A stretch of 64,000 bases of DNA from contig CAZSPB010000001.1 of NCBI GenBank assembly GCA_964608725.1, positions 171,696 through 235,695 on the forward strand. Direction: 5' to 3'. The notes below the pieces were generated by a model. That model had not been told where the DNA came from and did no database searches. It saw nothing but the letters and a program-made list of their open reading frames with translations. How positions within the stretch are numbered: the stretch's first letter is position 1; each line of letters opens with the position of its first letter. This document shows, piece after piece, positions 37,356 through 47,111 of the stretch. This DNA comes from an uncultured archaeon (lineage in GTDB: Archaea > Aenigmatarchaeota > Aenigmatarchaeia > Aenigmatarchaeales > Aenigmatarchaeaceae). A program made the position numbers and the translations under genes.

Positions 37356-38945
37356 TTATTTCCTATGGAACCCTTTGTAAACTTTTTTATAAATACTTCC
37401 AGATTTCAACTTTTTAATATCTCTTTTATAAAAATCATCTTCTAGTTTTTTTCCAGTTTTTCTTTCCCATTCCTTTATACTTAAGCTAAATTTTTCTTGT
37501 ATTTTGTCTCTATACCATTGAGGTATAACATTAAAAGCACAAAAAGGAATTATTCTTCCATCAGGTTGTGCATAATGAATAACACATCTCTCAACTCTTT
37601 GTATGTCATAATTCCATAAATCTTGAAAATGCATCATACCAACAAATAAAGCTTTGTGGTGAAATTCACCTAAAGCTTCATAGTCATGCTTTAATAAAGC
37701 ATTGAAAAGAAGTCTTTTAAGATTTAAACCTTTAGGTTGTTTCTTCTCATCAATAAATTTTCCAATGTTCTTTAAAACTTTGAGAGAAACCAAAAGTTTA
37801 TTTTTTCCAGATCTTATCTCTTTAGCTTTTTCATCCAAGTATTCTAAAAACCCTTCAACATCCACAAACTTTGGTAAAGGAACAACTTTTCTACCATCTA
37901 AAAATAAATAGGTAGCCATTCCACAAGCAGGATGGGCAGTAAGTTCGTAGTGTGGTCTATTCGTTAAAGCCTCAACGAAATGAGTAATAGGAACTACAGT
38001 AGGAACAGGATACCAATCTTCTCTTGAAACTATTCCATTTGTTTGTTCTTCTATTTTTTTGATCACATCTGGTATAGTTATTCTATATTTCCTTCTATCA
38101 GCTTTTGTTATTCTTCCTACTAAAGAGACTGGTTGGTAAGAAATCCCTCTCACTATATCAATATTTTTTAAGGCAAATTTCAAAATGTTACCGACATCAT
38201 GGTCATTTACACTATTTATGACAGTAGGAACAAGGACAATTCCTAAACCTGCTCTCCTACAATTCTCTAAAGCATAAGGAATTTCCCAATGGTTTTTAGG
38301 ATTTGTTTCTTCTGTCGTTCCATCAAAACTTAAGTAAACAGTATTAGAACCAGCTTTTCTAACTTTTTTTGCAAAATTAGGTTTCATTGCTAATTTTATT
38401 CCATTTGTGTTCAATTGAACATGATCATAACCTTCTTCTTTAGCTATTTTTATAATTTCAATTATATCATCTCTTATACAAGGTTCACCTCCTGTTAATT
38501 GTACAGCATTAGCTTTCACTGGCTTTTCCCTCCTCATTACTCTTAACATCATCCTTATTTGTTTTAAAGAAGGTTCGTAAACATATCCCATTCTTTTAGC
38601 ATAAAAGAAACAATACCAACATTGAAGATCGCATCTATTTGTGACTACTATGTTTCCTAGTGCAGTGTGTGACTTATGATTTTTGCATAAGCCACAAGAA
38701 GTTGGGCAAAGAGGAGTTTTAGTTTTTACATTAGGATTTTTTATACCTTTACCATCATGAAGAAACTTCATAGCTTTTTGATACATTTCATAGTCTCCCC
38801 AATATAGCTCTTTAAAACTTCCATGTTTAGGACATTTTTTTCTTATCCAAACTTTCCCTTCCTTTTCAAAAATTTCTGCAGGGATAACTCTTAAACATTT
38901 TGGACAAAGTGATTTTGTTTTTCTTATTGTTTTCATATTTATCAT
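37356..38945 (-). CDS. tes: Tetraether lipid synthase (Tes/GDGT-MAS, MJ0619 family)
   Basis: N-terminal SLCPKC..KKCPKHG, CPTSCGLC, CDLQCWYC, C-terminal MHFQDLWNYDIQRVERCVIHY..DGRIIPFC. Confidence 0.88.
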   Translation of the reverse strand: MINMKTIRKTKSLCPKCLRVIPAEIFEKEGKVWIRKKCPKHGSFKELYWGDYEMYQKAMKFLHDGKGIKNPNVKTKTPLCPTSCGLCKNHKSHTALGNIVVTNRCDLQCWYCFFYAKRMGYVYEPSLKQIRMMLRVMRREKPVKANAVQLTGGEPCIRDDIIEIIKIAKEEGYDHVQLNTNGIKLAMKPNFAKKVRKAGSNTVYLSFDGTTEETNPKNHWEIPYALENCRRAGLGIVLVPTVINSVNDHDVGNILKFALKNIDIVRGISYQPVSLVGRITKADRRKYRITIPDVIKKIEEQTNGIVSREDWYPVPTVVPITHFVEALTNRPHYELTAHPACGMATYLFLDGRKVVPLPKFVDVEGFLEYLDEKAKEIRSGKNKLLVSLKVLKNIGKFIDEKKQPKGLNLKRLLFNALLKHDYEALGEFHHKALFVGMMHFQDLWNYDIQRVERCVIHYAQPDGRIIPFCAFNVIPQWYRDKIQEKFSLSIKEWERKTGKKLEDDFYKRDIKKLKSGSIYKKVYKGFHRK

Positions 38946-39009
38946 TTATAACTTTTGAAAAGTTTTAAAACTTATAAAAATTTATAAGAAGAAGTATTTA
39001 AATATTACT

Positions 39010-39555
39010 ATGAAATTTTTAAGGGTAATTTCAACTTTACTTTCACCTACTCTAATGGCATTTTATGTGCTAATAGTATTTTCTCTTCTCTCAGAAGCAA
39101 AAATTTTAAGTGCTTTAATAGGTTTTTTCTTTTTAACATTCATACCCAGTTTTTCAATATATTACTTTTCTAAGGGAAGTATCGATTATACTGAAAGAAA
39201 AGGAAGGTGGAAAATGTATTTAATAGCTCTTCTTAGTTATTTGATTGCATCTCTAATATTCTTTTCTTTAAATATTCATCCAATGTTTTTAATTTCTCTC
39301 ACTTATTTTTTTGTGGCTTTTGCAATATGTATCATCAATTTTTTTTGGAAAATTAGTGCACACTCTGCTGGTGTTGCTGGCCCTATAACAGCTTTGATTT
39401 ATGTTTTTGGATTATCTCTTTTACCCCTTTACTTACTAGTTTTTTTAGTTATATGGTGCAGGAGAAAAATGGGTATTCATAACCTTGAGCAGTTAATAGC
39501 AGGTGCAGTTGTAGCTATTTTTATAACTTTCTTAGTTTATAAAATATTGTGGTAG
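39010..39555 (+). CDS. PAP2-like membrane protein
   Basis: Six TM helices; WKISAH and R..GIHNLEQL motifs. Confidence 0.65.
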   Translation: MKFLRVISTLLSPTLMAFYVLIVFSLLSEAKILSALIGFFFLTFIPSFSIYYFSKGSIDYTERKGRWKMYLIALLSYLIASLIFFSLNIHPMFLISLTYFFVAFAICIINFFWKISAHSAGVAGPITALIYVFGLSLLPLYLLVFLVIWCRRKMGIHNLEQLIAGAVVAIFITFLVYKILW

Positions 39556-39556
39556 T

Positions 39557-40030
39557 ATGAACATTAAACAAATTGAAAGGGACATATATACAACATTTGC
39601 TGAAACTGCGTCTTCTATAGGATACTCTGGTATTCATGGGAGGATAATTGCAGCTTTACTTGTAGCTAATAAAAAACTTTCCTTACAAGAATTAGCGAAA
39701 AAAACTGGTTATTCAACTTCAACTATCTCAATAAGCTTAGACCTTTTAGAGCTTCTTGGAATGATTAAAAAAGTGAAGAAAGTAGGTGACAGGAAACTTT
39801 ATATTGAGTTGCATGGTGATCTCTTAGAAGGTTTAAAAAAGGCCTTTCTAATGAGAATCCAAAAAAGTGTTGCAGAAACTTTAAGTAGATTTGAAAAATA
39901 TAAAAAAAATCTAAAAAAAGAAAAAAGTGAAGAAGGGAAAAGAGTATTAAAAGTTCTTAATATTTTGGAAAAAGAAGTTAAAAGAATAGAAAAATATGTA
40001 AACCTTTTATCAAGATTGAAATTACGGTGA
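39557..40030 (+). CDS. GbsR/MarR-family transcriptional regulator
   Basis: GRIIAALL, LSLQELAKKTGYSTSTIS, GDRKLY. Confidence 0.85.
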   Translation: MNIKQIERDIYTTFAETASSIGYSGIHGRIIAALLVANKKLSLQELAKKTGYSTSTISISLDLLELLGMIKKVKKVGDRKLYIELHGDLLEGLKKAFLMRIQKSVAETLSRFEKYKKNLKKEKSEEGKRVLKVLNILEKEVKRIEKYVNLLSRLKLR

Positions 40031-40034
40031 TACA

Positions 40035-40190
40035 ATGAAACTTGGATTATGTGAATATTGTGGTGGGATTGCAACCCAAACATGTAAAGTTTGTGGTGCA
40101 ACTGTTTGCATAAAATGTATTACTCCAAATGGTTGCAAAGTTTGTGAAGAAAAAAAGAAAATGCAAAAGTCTCATCTCGTTACCGATTGA
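40035..40190 (+). CDS. Small zinc-finger protein, four CxxC (not in ORF track)
   Basis: MKLGLCEYCGGIATQTCKVCGATVCIKCITPNGCKVCEEKKK...; SD GGTGA upstream. Confidence 0.8.
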   Translation: MKLGLCEYCGGIATQTCKVCGATVCIKCITPNGCKVCEEKKKMQKSHLVTD

Positions 40191-40196
40191 CTTATT

Positions 40197-40430
40197 TCAA
40201 ATAGTTTGTAAGGCTTCAATTAATCCATTCTTTATTTCTTCTTCTGCTGGGAATCCTAGTGAATTTCTAAATCTTTTTTGTCCTGAAGGTGTAATAAAAC
40301 CTTTTGAAATTGAAATGAATTCATTTTCACCTTCAGCTGTTATTGCCTTTTTTCTTGCAACTTCTAAGAATTTGTTTTTTCCAAACTTTATTTCTTTCAT
40401 TTCTATTGTCTCAAATTTTACCATTTTCAT
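40197..40430 (-). CDS. Small protein, possible PC4-like nucleic-acid-binding fold
   Basis: Beta-strand pattern plus C-terminal helix (FLEVARK..EFISISKGF..RFRNSL); SD GGAGGT. Confidence 0.6.
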   Translation of the reverse strand: MKMVKFETIEMKEIKFGKNKFLEVARKKAITAEGENEFISISKGFITPSGQKRFRNSLGFPAEEEIKNGLIEALQTI

Positions 40431-40510
40431 ACCTCCAAACTTTGTAAAAGTTGAATGGTAAGCTAAATATTTAAAGTTATGCCAGAAAGATATTTACTAT
40501 AGAGTAGTAA

Positions 40511-40759
40511 TTAAATTAAAGTTACAGACTCTACTTCAACCTCAGAAACGCCATCAATATTCTTTATTTCTTCTTCTATTTTGCTTACTCCTTTATCAGG
40601 TACTATTAATAAAATTTTAATAGCTTTTAATCCAAAAGCTATAGGCTCAACTTTTACATCCTTAACTTCAATTCTTTTCAGAATCTCATTTTTTATTTTT
40701 TCTATATCAGTCTCAACTGACCTAGGCAAAATTCTTAATGAAACTGCAACGTTTCCCAT
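40511..40759 (-). CDS. ef1b: Translation elongation factor 1-beta
   Basis: MGNVAV..ILP, EPIAFGLKA; follows the zinc-ribbon gene as is usual in archaea. Confidence 0.93.
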   Translation of the reverse strand: MGNVAVSLRILPRSVETDIEKIKNEILKRIEVKDVKVEPIAFGLKAIKILLIVPDKGVSKIEEEIKNIDGVSEVEVESVTLI

Positions 40760-40923
40760 CAAGGACCCTCAAATTTACAAACAACACATTTATAATGTCT
40801 TGATAATTTTCTACATTTTAAACATCTGACTATTAAACTCTCCCCACAAGAAGGACAAGGAAACTTAACAAAACCTTCTTGCCCAATTACATTTGTTCCA
40901 CAACTTGAGCAGATTAACTTCAT
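40759..40923 (-). CDS. DUF1610 zinc-ribbon protein (not in ORF track)
   Basis: MKLICSSCG...FPCPSCG..IVRCLKCRK...YKCVVCKFEGP. Confidence 0.9.
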   Translation of the reverse strand: MKLICSSCGTNVIGQEGFVKFPCPSCGESLIVRCLKCRKLSRHYKCVVCKFEGP

Positions 40924-40957
40924 TTATTCTAGTTATAACTCTAATAATTTAAATCTA

Positions 40958-41389
40958 TCACTTTTCCAGATGGCTATGCTTATGTTTTTCAAATACTGTT
41001 AAGAAAACTAGTTTTTCTTTTCCTGTATTAATTGTTCTATGCCAGACATTAGAAGGGATTGTTATCAAATCACCTTCTTTTACTCGAAAAACTTTTTTAC
41101 CTACTATTATCTTGCCTTTTCCTTTCAAAAATAAGTAAACTTCTTCAGCTTTATGAGAGTGACCTCTAGTCATTTTAAATTCTTTGTTAACTTTACCTGG
41201 ATATAGAAAGTTCATGCAAATTATTAATTTTTTTAAACCAGTTTTTTTAGAAGGTAAATCTATTAGCACTTCATTTATTTCATTTTCATGGCCTTTTATG
41301 TTCTTATAAATATTTTTCCCTTTTACAACTGCTTCTTTAACTTTTAACTTTAATACTTTTCCTTTAAATTTTTTGAGATTAAATTTCAT
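40958..41389 (-). CDS. Cupin-type glucose-6-phosphate isomerase
   Basis: PGKVNKEFKMTRGHSH..EVY..KG, HRTINTG. Confidence 0.82.
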   Translation of the reverse strand: MKFNLKKFKGKVLKLKVKEAVVKGKNIYKNIKGHENEINEVLIDLPSKKTGLKKLIICMNFLYPGKVNKEFKMTRGHSHKAEEVYLFLKGKGKIIVGKKVFRVKEGDLITIPSNVWHRTINTGKEKLVFLTVFEKHKHSHLEK

Positions 41390-42057
41390 AACATCCCTTT
41401 TATTAATTCTTTCATCGATTTTTCAATATTTTTTGATTTAACAACTCCTGATGCAACTAGAATACCTTTTGCACCTAATTCCATAGCTTTTTTAACATCT
41501 TCTTTAGATTTTATACCCGCACCACATAAAACTACAGTATTTTTTGAAATTTTTTTAACAGCTTTAACAGTTTTTTCAATAATTTGTGGTTTTGCTGTAG
41601 AAATAGAAACTTCCCCTCCAATTAATTCTGGTGGTTCAATAGCTATAAAATCAGGTTTTAACTTAGCTATCTTCTTAGCTTCCCTTATATCTTTTGAACA
41701 AACGATAGAAATAAGCTTGTATTTTTTACACAATTTTATACACTTCTTTATTTCTTCAAATGTTATTCTTTTTTCAGAGTGATTTATTAAAGAGCCTATC
41801 CCTCCAAGAACTTTAACTTCCTTAGCTAACAAAGCTCCTGTGTGAGCTCCTGGTTCATATGGGTCTATATGTTGTGAGATTGTTAAAGTAATTTTAGCAA
41901 CTTCATCTAAAAGAGGTGGAGGAGGTGCTATTAGAATAGAAATGTTAAATTTTTTCGACAATTTTTTTGCAATCTTAGCAAATTTTATAGCCCTCTCTCC
42001 CAAAACTTCTTCATATTCTTTCAAGTTTATTATCAACACTGGTAATTTTATTTTCAT
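41386..42057 (-). CDS. tpiA: Triosephosphate isomerase (archaeal type)
   Basis: INLKEY, NHSE, AIEPPELIG, CGAGI, LVASG. Confidence 0.95.
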   Translation of the reverse strand: MKIKLPVLIINLKEYEEVLGERAIKFAKIAKKLSKKFNISILIAPPPPLLDEVAKITLTISQHIDPYEPGAHTGALLAKEVKVLGGIGSLINHSEKRITFEEIKKCIKLCKKYKLISIVCSKDIREAKKIAKLKPDFIAIEPPELIGGEVSISTAKPQIIEKTVKAVKKISKNTVVLCGAGIKSKEDVKKAMELGAKGILVASGVVKSKNIEKSMKELIKGML

Positions 42058-42071
42058 ACAAGATCTCAGAA

Positions 42072-43184
42072 TTATGCTGGCTTAAACCTATCTTTCAGTT
42101 TTTCTAATATTTGAGGTAAAGTTGTGTATTCAAGTTCACCTTCTGGAAGTCTTGATGGCTCAAATTCTCCTTGTCTTCTTAAATAATCTGTCATTTCATT
42201 TACAATTTTTCTTGCTCTATCAAAAGCTGGGTCATCAAACATATCTACAGGTTCTTTCCCTTCAAAACCAATCAATTTTCCTTCACAAAGGTTAAATCCT
42301 AATGCAACACATCTAGGAGGGCCATCAAAAACTGTGCATTTAGCATTTTTCAAACTTACAGGCATTAAAGGTAATCTATGGCTTCCTCTCATAGCACCAC
42401 TTACAATATGGGGAAATGCAAATGCTGATAATACTTCACCAACAGCAGGCAAACCATGTTGACATCTTACTATCATGCAAGGGTCATCCTTTCCAACATA
42501 CTTTCCTGCTATTAAACTTAGCCTAGTTGTACTTGCAACAGCTGCTAAAAGGTTATCTTTAGTTCTAAATACTCTTTCTACAACATAACGGCCGGTTGTA
42601 CCTATAAATGCAATCAAATCATAAATTTCAGAAGGACAAACAAGATCAATATACCTATTTTCCAAAACATCTAAAACTCTAAAAGTAAAACCATCATGCA
42701 TTTTAGGATCAATAATTAAGCCAGCAGTATTATAAGGATCAGCAAATATCTTATATAGAGGTAAATTCCAAGCTCCTGGCTCTGTTTTATCTGCTGCAAA
42801 AACTATAAATGGCTCACTTGGCCTTTCTTCTATTTCCATTTCAGCAACACCAGGGCCCATACCTTTCACATTCCCACTAAAAGTTTCTTTTAAAAGATCT
42901 TGTCCTGCTGCATACAATTTCAAAGGTTTAGAAACTTTTTCTGTAATTTCTTTAAATGTCTCCCAAGCTAGTTGGTGTATTTCAGGATTATTTACACCTT
43001 TTTGATGAGTCATTAAAAGTTCAATATCATCACCACAATTAAAAACATAATAATCTATTATTTTTCCTTCTTTCAAAGCTCTCTCTAAACACTCTTTAGC
43101 AACTTCTAATTGCTTTGGATGAACTCTATGATGCCCAACAATGCTTCCTACATCTGCTTTTATTAAACTAATAGTTACTTTCAT
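42072..43184 (-). CDS. fbp: Bifunctional FBP aldolase/phosphatase
   Basis: IKADVGS, CGDD, GQDLL, DKTEPGA, YVGKDDP, MRGSH, EYTTLP. Confidence 0.95.
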   Translation of the reverse strand: MKVTISLIKADVGSIVGHHRVHPKQLEVAKECLERALKEGKIIDYYVFNCGDDIELLMTHQKGVNNPEIHQLAWETFKEITEKVSKPLKLYAAGQDLLKETFSGNVKGMGPGVAEMEIEERPSEPFIVFAADKTEPGAWNLPLYKIFADPYNTAGLIIDPKMHDGFTFRVLDVLENRYIDLVCPSEIYDLIAFIGTTGRYVVERVFRTKDNLLAAVASTTRLSLIAGKYVGKDDPCMIVRCQHGLPAVGEVLSAFAFPHIVSGAMRGSHRLPLMPVSLKNAKCTVFDGPPRCVALGFNLCEGKLIGFEGKEPVDMFDDPAFDRARKIVNEMTDYLRRQGEFEPSRLPEGELEYTTLPQILEKLKDRFKPA

Positions 43185-43196
43185 CTTAAAACCTCC

Positions 43197-44702
43197 TTAT
43201 CTCATTCCTAACCTTTTTTCTATCGAAGCTATTCTTTTACTCACAATTTTTTCTGCTTTTTTTCTATCTCTCACACCTAAAAGGGTCTTTGCTAAAGTGG
43301 AATCTCCTATTACATCTTTTATCCAATTACTGAAATCGTTTTTGACTTCATTTACATGATATCTAAAAGTTTCGTCACTCATTTCTTTTAAGGCAACTGC
43401 CAAGTCTCTTATATTTCTGAAAACTCTACCATCAACACACCAGAAACATTTATCTTCTGGAACATCTTGAAGGAAAGTATGTATCACTTTTTTTCTCATT
43501 TTCTCACCTCTACTTTTTTTCATTAAAATTTTTCTGATTCTAAAATTCATATCATTCATAATGTTCATGAAAGTTATGAAAGCATCATAAGGTGAGTCAT
43601 ATGGGTTAAAGTATTTGTGAACATCACCATCAGCAAACCATTTCGTACACATATAATAAAAGTGGTCTGCTGTTTGCAATAATCTCCAATCTTTGATCAA
43701 TTTTTCTTCCCTTGTTGCGATAATGTTTTTTTCTAAGGAGTAAAGCTTTCTCATGGCCTCTTTTTGCATTCTATTTCCTAACCATGCACTAACATCTCTT
43801 TCTATATCAGCCCAAGAAACTAGAGTTGGCACGTCTAATTCATCTACAGGCTTATAACTCTTTATTATTTCAGAAGGAGTCATAAAGTTGTCTCCATGTT
43901 CCAAAATCTTAAAAGGCATAGCTTTTAAAAACTCAAATATCCCTGTTTCTTTCCATTGGTGTTCGCCAAATGTTTCATAATCCATGAAGAGATTAACTAT
44001 TTTTCCGTTGAAATTGTTCATATTTATCCAATGTGCATACCTATCGGCTGTTAAAGGAAAACCTTCCCAATCTCTTCTAGAAAATCTGAAAGAAACATCA
44101 TCACTTAATCTATAATGTCTTAAAAGTAGTTTCAAATCACAATCTTTTGCTTTATAAAGGAAGCAGGGAGAGCGACCTTTTAAGATGTGATCTGCACCTT
44201 CTGCTAAAATAGCTTTATAACCCATAGACCTTACTATCTTAGCTATTTCATTGCTGTATATGAGTTCAGTATTTCTAAAAACTTTTGGCTTATAGTTAAA
44301 TACTTTTTTTAATTTCTTTTTATGTAACTCAACTTGCCTCTTAAATTCTTCTATTGAAGCAAGAAAAGCTAGAGAATGATAATAAGTTTCTGCTATAAGT
44401 TCAGCATTTCCAGTTTTTACTAACTCTTTAAAACTTTCTATAACTTCTGGGGCATACTTTTCAAGTTGTTCTATTAGTACTCCAGTTATGCTAAAACTAA
44501 CCTTAAATTTTCCATCAGTATTGTGAATGAGATCTAACAAAATCTTATTTGTCGGTATATAACTTTTTTTTGATATTCTTTCAATGTAAAACTTATTTTT
44601 TTCTTCATCAAAATAGTTTGAATTGTTTCCTATATCGAAAAAACTGAATTTTCTTAACCTTAAAGGTTGATGGACATGTAAATAAAAACAAACTGTTACC
44701 AT
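43197..44702 (-). CDS. GH57 alpha-amylase with C-terminal DUF5752-like domain
   Basis: HVHQP, ETYYHSL, FRNTELIY, DYETFGEH; tail with FRYHV..KNDFSNWI. Confidence 0.9.
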   Translation of the reverse strand: MVTVCFYLHVHQPLRLRKFSFFDIGNNSNYFDEEKNKFYIERISKKSYIPTNKILLDLIHNTDGKFKVSFSITGVLIEQLEKYAPEVIESFKELVKTGNAELIAETYYHSLAFLASIEEFKRQVELHKKKLKKVFNYKPKVFRNTELIYSNEIAKIVRSMGYKAILAEGADHILKGRSPCFLYKAKDCDLKLLLRHYRLSDDVSFRFSRRDWEGFPLTADRYAHWINMNNFNGKIVNLFMDYETFGEHQWKETGIFEFLKAMPFKILEHGDNFMTPSEIIKSYKPVDELDVPTLVSWADIERDVSAWLGNRMQKEAMRKLYSLEKNIIATREEKLIKDWRLLQTADHFYYMCTKWFADGDVHKYFNPYDSPYDAFITFMNIMNDMNFRIRKILMKKSRGEKMRKKVIHTFLQDVPEDKCFWCVDGRVFRNIRDLAVALKEMSDETFRYHVNEVKNDFSNWIKDVIGDSTLAKTLLGVRDRKKAEKIVSKRIASIEKRLGMR

Positions 44703-45883
44703 TTTCTCCCTCTCAAAACTTCATTGTAAATATTCAAACATCTTTCTGTTTGCTTCTCCCAACTGAACTTTCTTATTTCTTTTACTCCATTTTCTCTTAA
44801 AGATTCTTTAAGAGCATTGTAATGGAGGACAGCAAGTATTTTATTAGCCATCTCATTAACATCCCAAAAATCGACTTTTAAACAATGATTCAAAAGCTCA
44901 CTAACTCCAGATTGTTTTGAAATTAGTACTGGAGTCCCATTTGCAAGAGCTTCTAAAGTTGTTATTCCGAATGGCTCACTTACTGATGGCATTACGTAAA
45001 GGTCTGCAACTTGATAAAGTTTATGAACATCTTCTTCACTTAAAAACCCTGTGAATATTATTTTGTCAGCTATTCCTAACTCAGCTGCTTTTTCTATCAT
45101 TGAAGGTAACATATCACCTGTTCCAGCCATTACTGGGATTATATCTGGCTTGTGCTCTAAGGCCTTTTTTATAGCGTAAAGAAAATAATCAGGCCCTTTT
45201 TGAAGAACCATTCTTCCGAGGAATAAAACAACGTTATCTCTTTTTCTAATTTTTATTTTTTTCTCATAATCTTCTAAATCTATAGCATTATGCAAAACTC
45301 TTATCTTTTTTTCATTTATCCCGTACTTTTCTATTATTTTATTTTTTGTAAAATTGCTAACAGTTATTATTAAATCAGCTTCTTCCATTCCTTTCTTTTC
45401 AATCTCATAAATTTTTTGATTAATATAATTTCCTCCTGTCCTATCAAATTCAGTAGAATGTACATGAACAATTAATGGCTTACCTGATATTTTTTTTGCT
45501 TCAATACCAGCTTCAAATGTCATCCAATCGTGAGCATGAATTAAATCAAAATTTATTTTTTCTGTTTCTAAAATTTTTTTCACTTCTTCTTTGTATTTTT
45601 TCACTTCTTCAAAAATATTTCTTTTATATAAGTTAACTTCGGTATCTTCATCTTTTTTTGTTTCATAAGGCAATAAAAAAGAAGTTACATATTTTATTTC
45701 TAAATTCGAAATATTTGGATTTTTTATATTTTTTTTACTTCCTATCCCTCTTGGTAAAATTAAAATTATTTTATTTCCATATTTTGTTAAATATTTTGTT
45801 AAGTAGTAGCAAACAACCCCTAATCCACCAACATTAAAAGGAGGAAATTCCCACCCGAGCATTAAAATGTTTAATTTTACCAC
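44696..45883 (-). CDS. GT4 glycosyltransferase (glycogen synthase-like)
   Basis: GWEFPP..GGLG, HAHDW, PSVSEPFG. Confidence 0.88.
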   Translation of the reverse strand: MVKLNILMLGWEFPPFNVGGLGVVCYYLTKYLTKYGNKIILILPRGIGSKKNIKNPNISNLEIKYVTSFLLPYETKKDEDTEVNLYKRNIFEEVKKYKEEVKKILETEKINFDLIHAHDWMTFEAGIEAKKISGKPLIVHVHSTEFDRTGGNYINQKIYEIEKKGMEEADLIITVSNFTKNKIIEKYGINEKKIRVLHNAIDLEDYEKKIKIRKRDNVVLFLGRMVLQKGPDYFLYAIKKALEHKPDIIPVMAGTGDMLPSMIEKAAELGIADKIIFTGFLSEEDVHKLYQVADLYVMPSVSEPFGITTLEALANGTPVLISKQSGVSELLNHCLKVDFWDVNEMANKILAVLHYNALKESLRENGVKEIRKFSWEKQTERCLNIYNEVLRGRKW

Positions 45884-45931
45884 CTATTTTATTATGGCAT
45901 GCTTAAATATAAATTTTAACGTATAAAAAAT

Positions 45932-47095
45932 ATGAAAAATGTTTTTGAAGATGCTAAGGAAATATTGAAAAAAAATAAAATAAAAATTGGGTTAAAAGCA
46001 GGTGATTATTATCCTGATCTTTGGGCTAGGGATGCATTAATTTCTTCTTTAGGAATGTTTTTTTCTGAAGATGAAGAATTAAAAAATATTGCAAAAAAAT
46101 CAATAGAAAATATTGTAAAATTTCAAAAAATGAATGGCCAACTTCCAAATAAAATTTCGTCAAAATATGAAGTATGCTTCGGCGAAGGTGGTTGTGTTGA
46201 CTCTTCTTTATGGTATCCTATTGCTTTGTTAAATTATTTTAGAGCAACTGATGACAAAAATTTTCTTTCTGAACATATAAAAAAAATTGAGAAATCTATT
46301 TCTTGGCTTTTTTGTTTGGATGTAAATAATGATTTTTTAATAGAAACTAATGAAGGTTCGGATTGGATGGATTTGTTATTGAGATCAGGAAGAGTTTTGT
46401 ATGACAATGTTTTATTTTATGCTTCTCTTAAAGCTTGCGATAAAATTAGAAGTGTTTTGGGATTAAATGAAAAATATGAAAAAATAGCTGAAAAAGTTAA
46501 AAATAATATAAATTTATTTTTCTGGCCAGAAGAAAAAAATTTAGAAAAAGTTAGGAAAAAATTTGGTTTTACTGGCATAGAAAAAGATTTTGAAATTGCC
46601 TTAAGAGATGGAGAAAAAGATTATTATTTTGCTGAAATTGGTTTTAGAAGGTACGATCCTAGGTGTGATGTGTATGCAAATTTATTAGCTCTAATTTTTG
46701 AAATTCCTGATGAAGAAAAAAAGAAAAAAATTTTGGAACATTTTAAAAGAATTAGGGTAGAAGATCCTTATCCTGTAAAAGTTTTATTTCCGCCTATTTA
46801 TGAAAATGACTTCTTTAGGCCATTTTACTTTAGAGAAACAGAATTACCATATTTACAAAGACCTGGAAATTATCATAATGGTGGAATATGGCCATTTGTT
46901 GGAGGTTTTTACGTTTGTTTTAATAAAAGCAAAAAAACTTTGAAAAAACTAGCAGAGTTAAATAAGTTTTCGAACTTTTGTGAATGGATAAGTTTAGATT
47001 GCAAAACTATGGGTTCAAAAAATCAATCTTGGTCTGCAGCCATGTTCATTCTTGCTTACCAAGTAATTAAAGGGAAAGCATCCATAGAAATTTAA
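45932..47095 (+). CDS. (alpha/alpha)6 glycoside hydrolase (GH100 / amylo-alpha-1,6-glucosidase-like)
   Basis: LWARD, DSSLW, YHNGGIWPFVGG, QSWSAA. Confidence 0.8.
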   Translation: MKNVFEDAKEILKKNKIKIGLKAGDYYPDLWARDALISSLGMFFSEDEELKNIAKKSIENIVKFQKMNGQLPNKISSKYEVCFGEGGCVDSSLWYPIALLNYFRATDDKNFLSEHIKKIEKSISWLFCLDVNNDFLIETNEGSDWMDLLLRSGRVLYDNVLFYASLKACDKIRSVLGLNEKYEKIAEKVKNNINLFFWPEEKNLEKVRKKFGFTGIEKDFEIALRDGEKDYYFAEIGFRRYDPRCDVYANLLALIFEIPDEEKKKKILEHFKRIRVEDPYPVKVLFPPIYENDFFRPFYFRETELPYLQRPGNYHNGGIWPFVGGFYVCFNKSKKTLKKLAELNKFSNFCEWISLDCKTMGSKNQSWSAAMFILAYQVIKGKASIEI

Positions 47096-47111
47096 GTCAG
47101 TTATTAGAATA

